Part shown: piece by piece, positions 33,269 to 42,141 of the stretch
Layout: each line of letters starts with the position of its first letter
How positions within the stretch are numbered: the stretch's first letter is position 1
NCBI GenBank assembly: GCA_024654535.1
Contig: JANLHL010000042.1
Coordinates: 13,312 to 77,311, forward strand
Origin: Candidatus Roizmanbacteria bacterium
GTDB taxonomy: Bacteria; Patescibacteriota; Microgenomatia; UBA1406
Length of the DNA stretch: 64,000 nt
Direction of reading: 5' to 3'
Position numbers and translations under genes: made by a program
The notes under the pieces: generated by a model
What the model was told of the DNA's origin: nothing
The model's database searches: none
Seen by the model: the letters and a program-made list of their open reading frames with translations, nothing else

Positions 33269-34861
33269 TTAAAGTTTTAAGTGAACAAGCAAAGATTTGA
33301 GTTCTGTAAATATATAGCTTTTTGCTTGCGTATAGCGGGCATTGCCTGCTCTTCCTTTCCAAGTCCGCACAAAGGATAGTAGCCATACTAAAAAGTACAT
33401 ATAGGTGAGAGGAAAAATTTTAAGAAACTCACTTTTTTCACTACCAGACAAGGTGCTAACAAATTCATCATAAAGTTTTTTTTGAAATTGCGGATTATCC
33501 CAAGAGAAAATATAAGCGAAGCAAAAATCGGCAGCAATATTATTCTTTGAGACGTGTCCAAAATCTATGAAATAAAGCCTCTTTTCACTTATTGAAACGA
33601 TTTGATTTGCAGGATGGAGATCGTTATGTGTTGGATAGAGCTTAACCCTGTCAAATGTGCCGTTTTTTTTGGAAAAATAATCTCTCGCTTTAAACAATAA
33701 TGAGGATGAAGCCAATTCGGGATATGTTAAGATTATTTTATAAAAATGATCAAATCGTCTTGCGTAATATACACTGTTCCATCTAGGGATAGATGATCCA
33801 TTGATTGGAATTGATCTAATTTTTTCTAGGTAATCAATAAATTGTGTGCGAATATAACCGTGATAGTATTGTTTACTAAAGGAATACTGTACCGAAAATT
33901 TTCCTGCTATTCTTCCCTGTACTATTTTATAAAAATACCAAGCTGGTTTATTGATCAAATTTTGTTCAACAATGTGAGGAGTAAAATCATATTTTTGATT
34001 ATTAAGTGTTTGTGCTGTTACTATTTCATTTGAAAGATCCTTGTTTTTTTTGCGAAATAATGCAAATTTCATAATGAATATATCGTCGTTTTTATCTCTG
34101 CCTATGAAGTTTAAAAATGAGCCTGACCAAAAGTCTGCCTCAAGATTTTTTGCCATATCGATATCAGTGAGATCATATTTTTCAAATATCCTTTTTTTTA
34201 TTCTATTTATTTTTGTTAGCGAATAATGTGGCCTTACATCTTTTTTTTCTTGTAATCGACCATCAAAGATACGTTGCTTGATATAACCAACATTTCGTTC
34301 TTTATAAAACCCAGCTGAAAAAAATTTGGTTTTTAGATATTCGTCATTCTCTGTTTTCGTCTTGCGCAGGAAAATTCGCGTTCGCAGTAGTATATGTTTT
34401 TCATAAACAAAAATATCCCATGCTAAATTTGCAGGGAGCTTTGATTCTATGACAGAATATTGAATGTCATATTCAGGTCCGAATATTTTTTCTGCGACGT
34501 ATTTGGTTCGATCTTTTTGGAAATCAGATACGATAATAATGAAAGAATGAATATCATTTTTTATGAAGTGCTCTGTTTTAAGAAAATACAAAGCACTAAT
34601 CATATCTTGAGATTGATTTTCAGTGATAACCTTTTTTTCAACGACACCCAAACGAATTAAATATGCCTTCATAGCTTCAGATTCTGTGAAACGGGGTGGG
34701 GTTTCTATAGTTGAAGCATATTTACCTGATACATAAATTTGCTTTACTATATGAGCACTGTATAGACGATACGCAGCATCAAGACGGGCTTTCACAAAAG
34801 AGGGCAATATTCCTTTGGGCGTAATGCCTCCGGATAACACTACTACTGCTTGAGATTTCAT
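33269..34861 (-). CDS. Fusion protein: DUF218 (YdcF/ElyC-like) N-domain + aminoglycoside/choline-kinase-like phosphotransferase C-domain
   Basis: N-terminus VVLSGGITPKG...SGKYA...ESEAMKAYLIRLGV...ENQSQDM has the DUF218 pattern. C-terminus HNDLHPANQIV...YFIDFGH has the APH/ChoK catalytic and DFG-like motifs. Confidence 0.65.
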   Translation of the reverse strand: MKSQAVVVLSGGITPKGILPSFVKARLDAAYRLYSAHIVKQIYVSGKYASTIETPPRFTESEAMKAYLIRLGVVEKKVITENQSQDMISALYFLKTEHFIKNDIHSFIIIVSDFQKDRTKYVAEKIFGPEYDIQYSVIESKLPANLAWDIFVYEKHILLRTRIFLRKTKTENDEYLKTKFFSAGFYKERNVGYIKQRIFDGRLQEKKDVRPHYSLTKINRIKKRIFEKYDLTDIDMAKNLEADFWSGSFLNFIGRDKNDDIFIMKFALFRKKNKDLSNEIVTAQTLNNQKYDFTPHIVEQNLINKPAWYFYKIVQGRIAGKFSVQYSFSKQYYHGYIRTQFIDYLEKIRSIPINGSSIPRWNSVYYARRFDHFYKIILTYPELASSSLLFKARDYFSKKNGTFDRVKLYPTHNDLHPANQIVSISEKRLYFIDFGHVSKNNIAADFCFAYIFSWDNPQFQKKLYDEFVSTLSGSEKSEFLKIFPLTYMYFLVWLLSFVRTWKGRAGNARYTQAKSYIFTELKSLLVHLKL

Positions 34862-34879
34862 GTACGCATTGTATATCTT

Positions 34880-35788
34880 TTATCGATAGATTTTTCCTTC
34901 AATTTGTACCTGAGTGATTGCCATATTACCTTCCATTCTCTTTGAGGAAATAATTTTGATATGTTTGCCATTTGGTAATGTGCTGAAAACTCCTGGCCAA
35001 GGGTTCAGGGCGCGAATTTTATCGTGGAGCGCATATGCCTTTTGCATGGTGCAGAAGGGTGCATAGTTACTATGTGGAGCTAGCAGATGAGTTAGATTAT
35101 AACGGTCAAATAACGTCTGCAGATATGGTGAAAGTTCTTCAAATGGCAAATAACCATCTTTTTTTTCAAAACGGTGCGTATAGGTTGCTTTGTTGTGTTC
35201 CTGCTGATGCATATGCATGGTCGAAGATACAGGATTTGACATAAGTAGCGTGATTAATTTACCCGCTTCTTTCGCAAGTTTTGTTATAAGCGTTGTGTTC
35301 GTGTCATTCAAACCAATACTTACGGTATGACATGCGGGAGTAGTATCAGGTAAGTTTAAGAGCGGTCCATGGTCTATAAGCTCATCAATCGATATAATAC
35401 TTACGCCCGTTATTTTTTCTCCATTAATGAGTGCAGATTGAATAGGTGTTGGTCCCCGGTAGTGTGGAAGTAGGGAAGGGTGGATATTCCATATACCATA
35501 GCGGCATACTTCTACAATAGTCTTTGGTAGTATCATTCCGAAATCAACAACTATCACTACTTGGTTCTTTCCTGTAAGGAGTCTCCTTCTAAAGGAGTCT
35601 CCTTCGTCGATTTCCTGAATGGGTATTTTGAGCTGCTGTGACAGTGTTTTTATTGGGGTTGGAATACGGGTTGTCATACCGCGCCCACCAAAAGTGTCGG
35701 ATGATGTAATAACGAGATTCGGCTTTATTTCTACATACTCAAGGAACTGTGCACCAAAAGAGCCAGAACTGAGTAGTGTGTATGACAT
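34880..35788 (-). CDS. fmt: Methionyl-tRNA formyltransferase
   Basis: WNIHPSLLPHYRGPTPIQSALINGE plus a C-terminal formyltransferase domain. Promoter TGcTATAAT lies 9 nt upstream. Confidence 0.9.
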   Translation of the reverse strand: MSYTLLSSGSFGAQFLEYVEIKPNLVITSSDTFGGRGMTTRIPTPIKTLSQQLKIPIQEIDEGDSFRRRLLTGKNQVVIVVDFGMILPKTIVEVCRYGIWNIHPSLLPHYRGPTPIQSALINGEKITGVSIISIDELIDHGPLLNLPDTTPACHTVSIGLNDTNTTLITKLAKEAGKLITLLMSNPVSSTMHMHQQEHNKATYTHRFEKKDGYLPFEELSPYLQTLFDRYNLTHLLAPHSNYAPFCTMQKAYALHDKIRALNPWPGVFSTLPNGKHIKIISSKRMEGNMAITQVQIEGKIYR

Positions 35789-35837
35789 TTCACATGAATT
35801 ATAGCAAAGTGTTTGTGCAACATTGTATACTTATTGC

Positions 35838-36098
35838 ATGGATAGCATTAAAGACATACTAAAGCGCTTCGATCCCACATCGGGGAAATATGTGAGTCGC
35901 GAATTTCAAGCCTATGGGTTGTATCTATCTCAGAAGCTTGAAGACGAGAAGCATAAGACGCTCTATATAAAACTTGCAAAAAAGGAGGCTCGGTATATAT
36001 TAGACCAGGCGCTTGCATTTGTTATGGATGCGCGCGCGAAAAATAAAGGAGCGCTATTTATGTGGAAATTAAAAGAGTTAAAGACGCAAAAAAAATAA
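35838..36098 (+). CDS. Small hypothetical protein (86 aa)
   Basis: ORF with TATACT-tattgc-ATG directly upstream. Lys-rich helical sequence. Confidence 0.5.
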   Translation: MDSIKDILKRFDPTSGKYVSREFQAYGLYLSQKLEDEKHKTLYIKLAKKEARYILDQALAFVMDARAKNKGALFMWKLKELKTQKK

Positions 36099-36113
36099 CG
36101 AGCGTATATATTT

Positions 36114-36977
36114 ATGCTATTTGATACACATTGTCACCTCAATTTTAAAGCATTTGACACTTCACTATTAACAGTTATTGATAGTGCGAAAAAGGCAGGT
36201 GTACAAAATATAGTTATACCAGGAACAGATGTGGAAACTTCCCAAAAGGCAGTTACTATTGTTAAAACAACGAGTGGGCTATATGCGGCCGTTGGCATTC
36301 ATCCTCACCACGTTTACGAATTAAAAAGTAAAAGCCCCGCTTTCGCTATAGCTTCAGCGGGCCAGGCAAAGCTTAGAATAGAAGAAGAATTGGAAAAGTT
36401 AGAAACGTTACTTGTGGAAAAGAAAACCGTTGCGGTAGGTGAGGTGGGCGTAGATAGGTATGAATATACCTCTACAAAATACCAGAATTACGCGGTCGAT
36501 GAAGAATTTGTCGCTATGCAAAAAAGCTTACTTACTAACCAAATACAATTGGCAATCAAGCATGGAAAATCACTTATACTACATAATCGTAAAGCGGTTG
36601 ATGATTTGCTCAATATTCTGACTAAGAGTTGGGATCAAAAATTACGTGGAAGAACAGTATTTCATTGTTGTGAAGCAGACGAACGTTTGCTTACGGTTGC
36701 TTTGGATAAAGGAATATATATAGGAGTGGATGGAGACATTACGTGGTCTAAGAAGAAGCAGCGATTCATCGCTACGGTGCCGTTAGAAAGGCTGGCATTA
36801 GAAACAGACTCACCATATTTAACACCAGAAGAAGCTCGGGTGAAACAGGTATTTCCAAATGAGCCAAAAAATATCACGTACGTACGTGATGTGGTTGCTC
36901 GCATTCATAACGTTGACGCGTCTGAAGTAGAAAAATATACGACTGAAAATGCAATGAAGCTTTTTAACCTCACATAA
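36114..36977 (+). CDS. tatD: TatD family metal-dependent hydrolase/DNase
   Basis: MLFDTHCHLNF, GIHPH, EVGVD, ILHNR and ETDSPYL. Confidence 0.9.
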   Translation: MLFDTHCHLNFKAFDTSLLTVIDSAKKAGVQNIVIPGTDVETSQKAVTIVKTTSGLYAAVGIHPHHVYELKSKSPAFAIASAGQAKLRIEEELEKLETLLVEKKTVAVGEVGVDRYEYTSTKYQNYAVDEEFVAMQKSLLTNQIQLAIKHGKSLILHNRKAVDDLLNILTKSWDQKLRGRTVFHCCEADERLLTVALDKGIYIGVDGDITWSKKKQRFIATVPLERLALETDSPYLTPEEARVKQVFPNEPKNITYVRDVVARIHNVDASEVEKYTTENAMKLFNLT

Positions 36978-36987
36978 GTGTAATTAT

Positions 36988-37096
36988 GCAGATATATGTA
37001 ATTTACTCGTGATCAAACCCTTCTGCCACATATTAAGTACATTTGGATGTGGCAGAAGAAGAGTAGTGATCTCTCGTAAATTACATATATCTGTGC
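36988..37096. terminator. Long composite hairpin between convergent tatD and pepP (possible bidirectional terminator or small structured RNA)
   Basis: Outer perfect 18-bp stem cagatatatgtaatttac (36989-37006) / gtaaattacatatatctg (37076-37093). Inner perfect 12-bp stem cttctgccacat (37020-37031) / atgtggcagaag (37047-37058). No flanking T-tracts. Confidence 0.4.
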
Positions 37097-37098
37097 AC

Positions 37099-38166
37099 TT
37101 ATACTAACTCTCGGCAGCCTTTCTCAGTAAGTACTACCGTATTCTCATATCGGACACCAAATTTCCCAGGTATATATACTCCGGGTTCTATAGAAAAAAC
37201 CATGCCATTCTGAAGTACTTCATTTGAATGGGGCGAAAGGTGGGGAAGTTCGTGAATATCTATGCCCACACCATGTCCCAATGAATGGATAAAATAGGTG
37301 TGCAAATTGTATTTTTTTAATACATCAAATGCTATCGAAAACGCATCTTTTGATATCATTCCAACCTTAATCTGAGAAAGTGAAGCGATGTATGCCTCTT
37401 GAACCGCGTCGACTGCTCGTTGTCTATCGGTATTTCGTGTATTTTTATACTCAGTACGTGTAATATCTGCGCAGTAATGGTCAAAACGTGCGCCACAATC
37501 GACAATTGATATGTCTGAAAGTTTACTGGTGTTGGGGGTGTGGTGTGGGGTTGCAGAGTGAATACCAGAAGCAACGATTGGCGTAAAAGCAACTCTTTCC
37601 AGTGTTTTTTTTTCGAGCATTTGTTGTAGCGCAAACGCAGCGCTTCGTTCTGTTTTGTACATCGGCAGTTTGTCGAGAAATGTGTGTAGTACAGCTCTAG
37701 TTGCTTTGTCAGCCCTTTTTAACGCAGAAAGTTCGAACATATCTTTTATTGTTCTCAGACTTTCGACGAGTCCACCGATAGGTTGTAAGTCTATACTGTT
37801 CGCATGTTTTTTTAAGTAGAGATATTCGTTGTGACGCATACTGTTTTCAAAATATACTTTTGTGGGCGTCAATAATTTTGCCAATAACGTTTTATAGTAA
37901 TTTCCTTTTTCGGCTTGTAGCACATTACAAATAGCAGTGGGGGAATCGTATGTGTTTAGCGGGCTCATTGCTAAATATGCTTTCTTTTGAGTGACCAATA
38001 GTAGTGCTTCCCGTTCTGTCTCTGAGGTTATTGTGTATCCGGTGAGATAAAAAATATTAGATGATCTTTCAATAATGATTGACCCTATTTTTTTCTTTTC
38101 TAAAATTTCCTGAAGAGCTATTATTCTCTTATCATGAGCAGAGGGTATATTATGTACGTTTTTCAT
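37099..38166 (-). CDS. pepP: Xaa-Pro aminopeptidase (M24B)
   Basis: DCGARFDHYCADITRT, HSLGHGVGIDIHE and SIEPGVY. Confidence 0.88.
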   Translation of the reverse strand: MKNVHNIPSAHDKRIIALQEILEKKKIGSIIIERSSNIFYLTGYTITSETEREALLLVTQKKAYLAMSPLNTYDSPTAICNVLQAEKGNYYKTLLAKLLTPTKVYFENSMRHNEYLYLKKHANSIDLQPIGGLVESLRTIKDMFELSALKRADKATRAVLHTFLDKLPMYKTERSAAFALQQMLEKKTLERVAFTPIVASGIHSATPHHTPNTSKLSDISIVDCGARFDHYCADITRTEYKNTRNTDRQRAVDAVQEAYIASLSQIKVGMISKDAFSIAFDVLKKYNLHTYFIHSLGHGVGIDIHELPHLSPHSNEVLQNGMVFSIEPGVYIPGKFGVRYENTVVLTEKGCRELV

Positions 38167-39254
38167 CGAGTAACCTGATAGCTTTGGACTTTTTCAAGTA
38201 ATTCTTTTGCGTTTTTATCTGTTTCAAAATGGTGCCGTACTGGAGCGAGTAACTTGTCTAAATATAAAATGACTGCCTGTTTTAGGTCTGAAGGGTGAAG
38301 CTCTTTATTTCTAAATGTCTGTTCCAGCTCGTTGTGTGTTGAAAACCGTCGTGTTCCGCCGAATTTTTCTGGTCGTTCTATTACTATTTCATCAAAAGAT
38401 TCAAAGAGTATATATTTACAGTATTCGAGAATTGGGTTATTTTCAACAATTCCTTCAGGACAGTATGCTTTCGTTATTTTTCGACTAACGTCTTCTGTTG
38501 TATCGGTCATAAAGATTGCAGTATCTGGTTTTGATTTAGACATTTTTAGTTCGATTGTTTGATCGATTTTATTCTGTTTCGTTGAAACGGGCTTACCTAA
38601 GCCCATGAGCATATGGTGGCTGACGACCACCGGTTTCCAGTACCCAAGTTGTGGGCCTACTTCGCGGGCGAGCATATTCACTTTACGCTGGTCCATGCCT
38701 AGTTGCGTAATTTTTGCACCGAGCATAAATATATCTGCTACCTGCATACACGAGTATATGATGTGTGCACCGGTGAGGTTATCGAGCGATTCATCTCGTC
38801 CCATCATTTCTGCCGTTCGTACAAATCGCCTGAGTGCATTTGATTTGCCTACTTGGAGCACCAGTTTCCAGTACTCGGGATTCTTAGCCATATCTGAGGC
38901 CCAGTGAAACTCGACCATGTCCATATTCATTCCACAGGCCTTCCAAACTTCAATGAAGTACTTTCCAACAATTTTTATTTTTTCTAAATCGCCTCCCATT
39001 TTGTTATTTGCCATAGCGTGCCAGTCGGCGACCCACATCTTGAACTTTATGCCTGATCGGGTCATTTTATTTACATTTACGGCTTTGAGTATTCCTTGTG
39101 CAATATGGATCTGTCCAGAGGGCTCAAAACCATCGTAGGCAACAAGTTCTTCTCCAGATTCTAAGAGCTTTTTAAGCTCATCTGGTTGAATTATTTCCTC
39201 ACCAACAGTATCGATGAGGTTTATTCGTTCCTGTACGGTAAGTGAAGATTTCAT
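38163..39254 (-). CDS. tyrS: Tyrosyl-tRNA synthetase, archaeal/eukaryotic type
   Basis: AYDGFEPSGQIHIAQG, KMSKSKP, KAYCPEGIVENNPILEYCKYILF and RPEKFGG...NKELHPSDLK match the M. jannaschii-type TyrRS pattern. Start moved to MKSSLTVQER (39254), which removes the overlap with the upstream ORF. Confidence 0.9.
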   Translation of the reverse strand: MKSSLTVQERINLIDTVGEEIIQPDELKKLLESGEELVAYDGFEPSGQIHIAQGILKAVNVNKMTRSGIKFKMWVADWHAMANNKMGGDLEKIKIVGKYFIEVWKACGMNMDMVEFHWASDMAKNPEYWKLVLQVGKSNALRRFVRTAEMMGRDESLDNLTGAHIIYSCMQVADIFMLGAKITQLGMDQRKVNMLAREVGPQLGYWKPVVVSHHMLMGLGKPVSTKQNKIDQTIELKMSKSKPDTAIFMTDTTEDVSRKITKAYCPEGIVENNPILEYCKYILFESFDEIVIERPEKFGGTRRFSTHNELEQTFRNKELHPSDLKQAVILYLDKLLAPVRHHFETDKNAKELLEKVQSYQVTR

Positions 39255-39259
39255 ATTTT

Positions 39260-39847
39260 TTATTCTACCACAATACTGCCAAATTGACTCTGTTTTGTAT
39301 CGCAATAATCAAAACGTAATGGGTATGAACCAGTATTTTTTATTGTTATTGCGAGATTCACATTGTCCTGTAGGGTAAATTTTGAAGTGGAGATGAATAG
39401 GCAAAAATGGGCAGGGACATTTTTCACAGCGAGTATAAATTTATTACCCTTACGTATAGTGATACTTTGATTGTTATCCGAGAGAAAATTTATTATGTGC
39501 GTTGGCGTATCATTTGTCGTAACTATTTGGGGATTGTCATTATTGAATGCGGAATCTAGTGCGGACTGTGTTTTTGTTTCTACGAATGTGGTAACAGCAT
39601 TTGTTGTATCTTGTACAACTTTCTGTAACGAATTCTTTGTCTCTGTCTTGATGCTATTAGATTCATTTTGTATACTATTTGATGCTTTTTGTTTAATGTT
39701 TTTTGTAAATACACCCAAAACACTAGCAGGAGCTGCAAGTCTATTTTGTTGGAAATATCCAAGGAATAGTTGCTTGATACGAGGCTGTGTAAATATTACC
39801 GCTATAACGACTGCAAGTGCAAGTATAATCAAAGGTAATTTTTTCAT
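39260..39847 (-). CDS. Membrane-anchored hypothetical protein (195 aa)
   Basis: Signal anchor LPLIILALAVVIAVIF. TATACT lies 9 nt upstream of the ATG. First gene of the 39847->37099 operon. Confidence 0.6.
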   Translation of the reverse strand: MKKLPLIILALAVVIAVIFTQPRIKQLFLGYFQQNRLAAPASVLGVFTKNIKQKASNSIQNESNSIKTETKNSLQKVVQDTTNAVTTFVETKTQSALDSAFNNDNPQIVTTNDTPTHIINFLSDNNQSITIRKGNKFILAVKNVPAHFCLFISTSKFTLQDNVNLAITIKNTGSYPLRFDYCDTKQSQFGSIVVE

Positions 39848-39923
39848 ATGAAATTAAGTATACCGTAGTTATCTTTGGTTAAACAAGATATTAAAAAAAC
39901 TATATTCATGAGAAAATGAATGA

Positions 39924-40781
39924 GTGGAAGAAGCTATTTATAAGACATTACACTATTTTGCTCTGTTTGATTACCCTCCGACTTTGGAGGAATCATGGAT
40001 GTTCCTAAGTAAGAAAATATCGAAAAAAAGTGCAAAACAGCTCTTTTCAAAGCTTATAACGGGCAAAAGGCTAATAACGGACGTGTACGGTACTCGTGTG
40101 ACGTTGCCAGGGTATTCGTCTTTTTTTTCCATACATAACCGAAGAAGTAAGATTTCAGAGCTGAAAAAGAAAAAAGCAGAATTATTTATTCATTTGCTAT
40201 CGTATTTTCCGTGGATACACCTCGCTGGCTATTCTGGTTCTGTGTCTATGGATAATGCAGTAGAGAGTGATGATATAGATGTATTTATTATCACTAAATC
40301 GCACAGAATGTGGACAGCACGTTTTTTTGCTGTTATTACAGCCTGGATATTGGGAATGAAGCGTCCTCGCAGCGTGAAGCGCTCAGCCGATACGATATGT
40401 TTGAACCTTTTTTTTGATGAAAGCGATATGCGTATTCCGGTTGTCAAACAGACTGCCTATGTGGCGCATGAAGTGTTACAGATGAAAGTGATTTTTCAAA
40501 AAAGTAGAACGTACGTACGTTTTATTGCGTCAAATAAATGGGTATTTTCTTACTATCCGAATGCAGCAGCCACTTTTATGGAACAAACGAGCATGAAAGA
40601 TATCGATATAAAGAATGTGTCGACAGGGCATAGTTTTATAGCAATGGGACGAATAGGGGAGTGGCTGTTACAAAGAGTTCAATTGGCAATCATGAAAAAA
40701 CCTCGGACAAAAGAACGTGTCGAAAAATCACAGCTGTGGTTTTTTCCAGACGATTTTGAAGATAAGGTAAGAAAGATATAG
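39924..40781 (+). CDS. Nucleotidyltransferase (pol-beta superfamily)-like protein
   Basis: GYSGSVSMDNAVESDDIDVFIIT matches the GS...D.D minimal NTase motif. GTG start in the track; a later ATG is possible. Confidence 0.5.
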   Translation: MEEAIYKTLHYFALFDYPPTLEESWMFLSKKISKKSAKQLFSKLITGKRLITDVYGTRVTLPGYSSFFSIHNRRSKISELKKKKAELFIHLLSYFPWIHLAGYSGSVSMDNAVESDDIDVFIITKSHRMWTARFFAVITAWILGMKRPRSVKRSADTICLNLFFDESDMRIPVVKQTAYVAHEVLQMKVIFQKSRTYVRFIASNKWVFSYYPNAAATFMEQTSMKDIDIKNVSTGHSFIAMGRIGEWLLQRVQLAIMKKPRTKERVEKSQLWFFPDDFEDKVRKI

Positions 40782-40824
40782 TAGTAAAAAATTGTTATTG
40801 CGAGGAAGGAATGATTGAAGAAAT

Positions 40825-41211
40825 CTATATTTTCAGCTTTTTCAACAGCTTTTTCACTTCTGTATCATTTATTCTATGATATCTGCCTCTATGTGAAAGT
40901 AAGCTTCCTGAAAACGTTTTTGGTATATGCATAAGTTCGTGGATGAGTGTTTTTATTTGATCTTCATCTGATTGCCGATCAAAGCGTTCAGATATGACCT
41001 CTATTATATAGCTCGGTTTTATACCAACCACTTCGTTAAAGAGCTTTGGCATACCCCATATGCGAGCAATTGCGCGTGTTTTGCTACCGGTGCTTCGGAT
41101 GCAATATATCTGATCAACGGAAATATAATCCATAGCGAGTTTTTGTACCAGGTATACGATGGTTTTTTTGATTTCTGGAGCACGTGTATACTGCATACCG
41201 AAGTGTAGCAT
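40825..41211 (-). CDS. Small predicted zinc metallopeptidase (HExxH; archaeal COG4900-like)
   Basis: IHELMHIPKTFSGSLLSHRG and size (128 aa). Confidence 0.55.
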   Translation of the reverse strand: MLHFGMQYTRAPEIKKTIVYLVQKLAMDYISVDQIYCIRSTGSKTRAIARIWGMPKLFNEVVGIKPSYIIEVISERFDRQSDEDQIKTLIHELMHIPKTFSGSLLSHRGRYHRINDTEVKKLLKKLKI

Positions 41212-41435
41212 ATATTAGTGTAGCTGTTAATTATGCAGCAACAGTATGTATATATATTACATATATAGTACATATATAGATACACTTATTATATATAAAA
41301 TTACAGTTATAGGGTATGCACTATTGGCGATATATACTATCGTGACGACCTAGATGTATTTGAATAAGTAACTATTGACAAATTCCTGAAAGTATATACA
41401 TTTAATATATACATTATAAGTTAAACTCGAAAACC

Positions 41436-42068
41436 ATGAAGAACATGAGCAAAAAAAGAGTTCTCATAAGTATATTGCTTTTGCTTGGTCTCGTTGGAGG
41501 AGTAGCCGCAGGAACATATGCGTACTTCACAGCGACTCGTACGACGTCGGCAAACCGATTTGCCGCAGGTACGATAGACCTAAACGTCCTCAGCAATGGG
41601 GCAGCAGCAGAATCTTTTGTACTTGAGGTCCTAGGAGAAAATGGCAACATCGGTGGGAGCAAAGTGTGGACGGTGAAGAACGTCGGTACACTTCCTGCTC
41701 GCCTACTCGTTCGTCTAAAGAACGTAGTAAACGACGAGAATGGTTGTAACGATCCTGAAACGGAAGCAGAACCGAACTGTGCTTCAGATAACTTGGGCGA
41801 GCTTGGAGCAGTAGTGAACGCAAATGTTTCGCTTGATGGAACAGATGTGGTATCAACGACGCTTGCAACTGCGCAACAGGGTAAGGTGGGTACAGATTGG
41901 AACGCGCTGACACCTATCATCATGCAACCAGGAGAAGAAAGAACTGTGGGCATGAATTGGGCGACCGATGAGGCAGCCTACGGTAATGAGGTACAGAGTG
42001 ATAGCGTAGGGTTTGATATCGAGTTTCGACTAATCCAGCAAATAAGCGGACCAACACCGACGAACTAA
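41436..42068 (+). CDS. TasA/camelysin-family secreted protein with SipW-type signal peptide (putative major fibre subunit)
   Basis: LLLLGLVGGVAAGTYAYFTATRTTSANRFAAGTIDLNV (cf. TasA/CalY N-termini) and the C-terminal block AYGNEVQSDSVGFDIEFRLIQ. Noticeably more GC-rich than neighbouring genes. Confidence 0.8.
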   Translation: MKNMSKKRVLISILLLLGLVGGVAAGTYAYFTATRTTSANRFAAGTIDLNVLSNGAAAESFVLEVLGENGNIGGSKVWTVKNVGTLPARLLVRLKNVVNDENGCNDPETEAEPNCASDNLGELGAVVNANVSLDGTDVVSTTLATAQQGKVGTDWNALTPIIMQPGEERTVGMNWATDEAAYGNEVQSDSVGFDIEFRLIQQISGPTPTN

Positions 42069-42095
42069 TCGGATAGAGTACGCGCTGGAAATAGT

Positions 42096-42127
42096 AGGAG
42101 CCTGCCCGCTTTGGCGAGCGGGCTCCT
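42096..42127 (+). promoter_or_regulatory. GC-rich hairpin between tasA-like gene 1 and sipW 1 (attenuator/stabiliser candidate)
   Basis: aggag/ctcct and cccgct/agcggg stems with no T-tract. Shares cctgcccgctt and ggcgagc with the hairpin at 8045-8086. Confidence 0.4.
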
Positions 42128-42141
42128 AACAATAAACAAAC

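Noticed and set aside
36873-36890. Perfect 18-bp palindrome ATCACGTACGTACGTGAT inside tatD, and a 14-bp AACGTACGTACGTT palindrome at 40508-40521 inside the NTase-like gene.
   Set aside because: Both lie in-frame inside well-supported CDSs (for example ...NITYVRDVV...), with no second copy in regulatory positions. Most likely a chance (ACGT)n run. Kept only as a note.
41414-41953. 179-aa and 107-aa ORFs antisense to the tasA-like gene 1.
   Set aside because: They arise from the GC-rich, Ala/Gly/Val-rich sense frame. The sense product has strong family motifs, while the antisense products are Ser/Pro/Arg-rich with no start signal.
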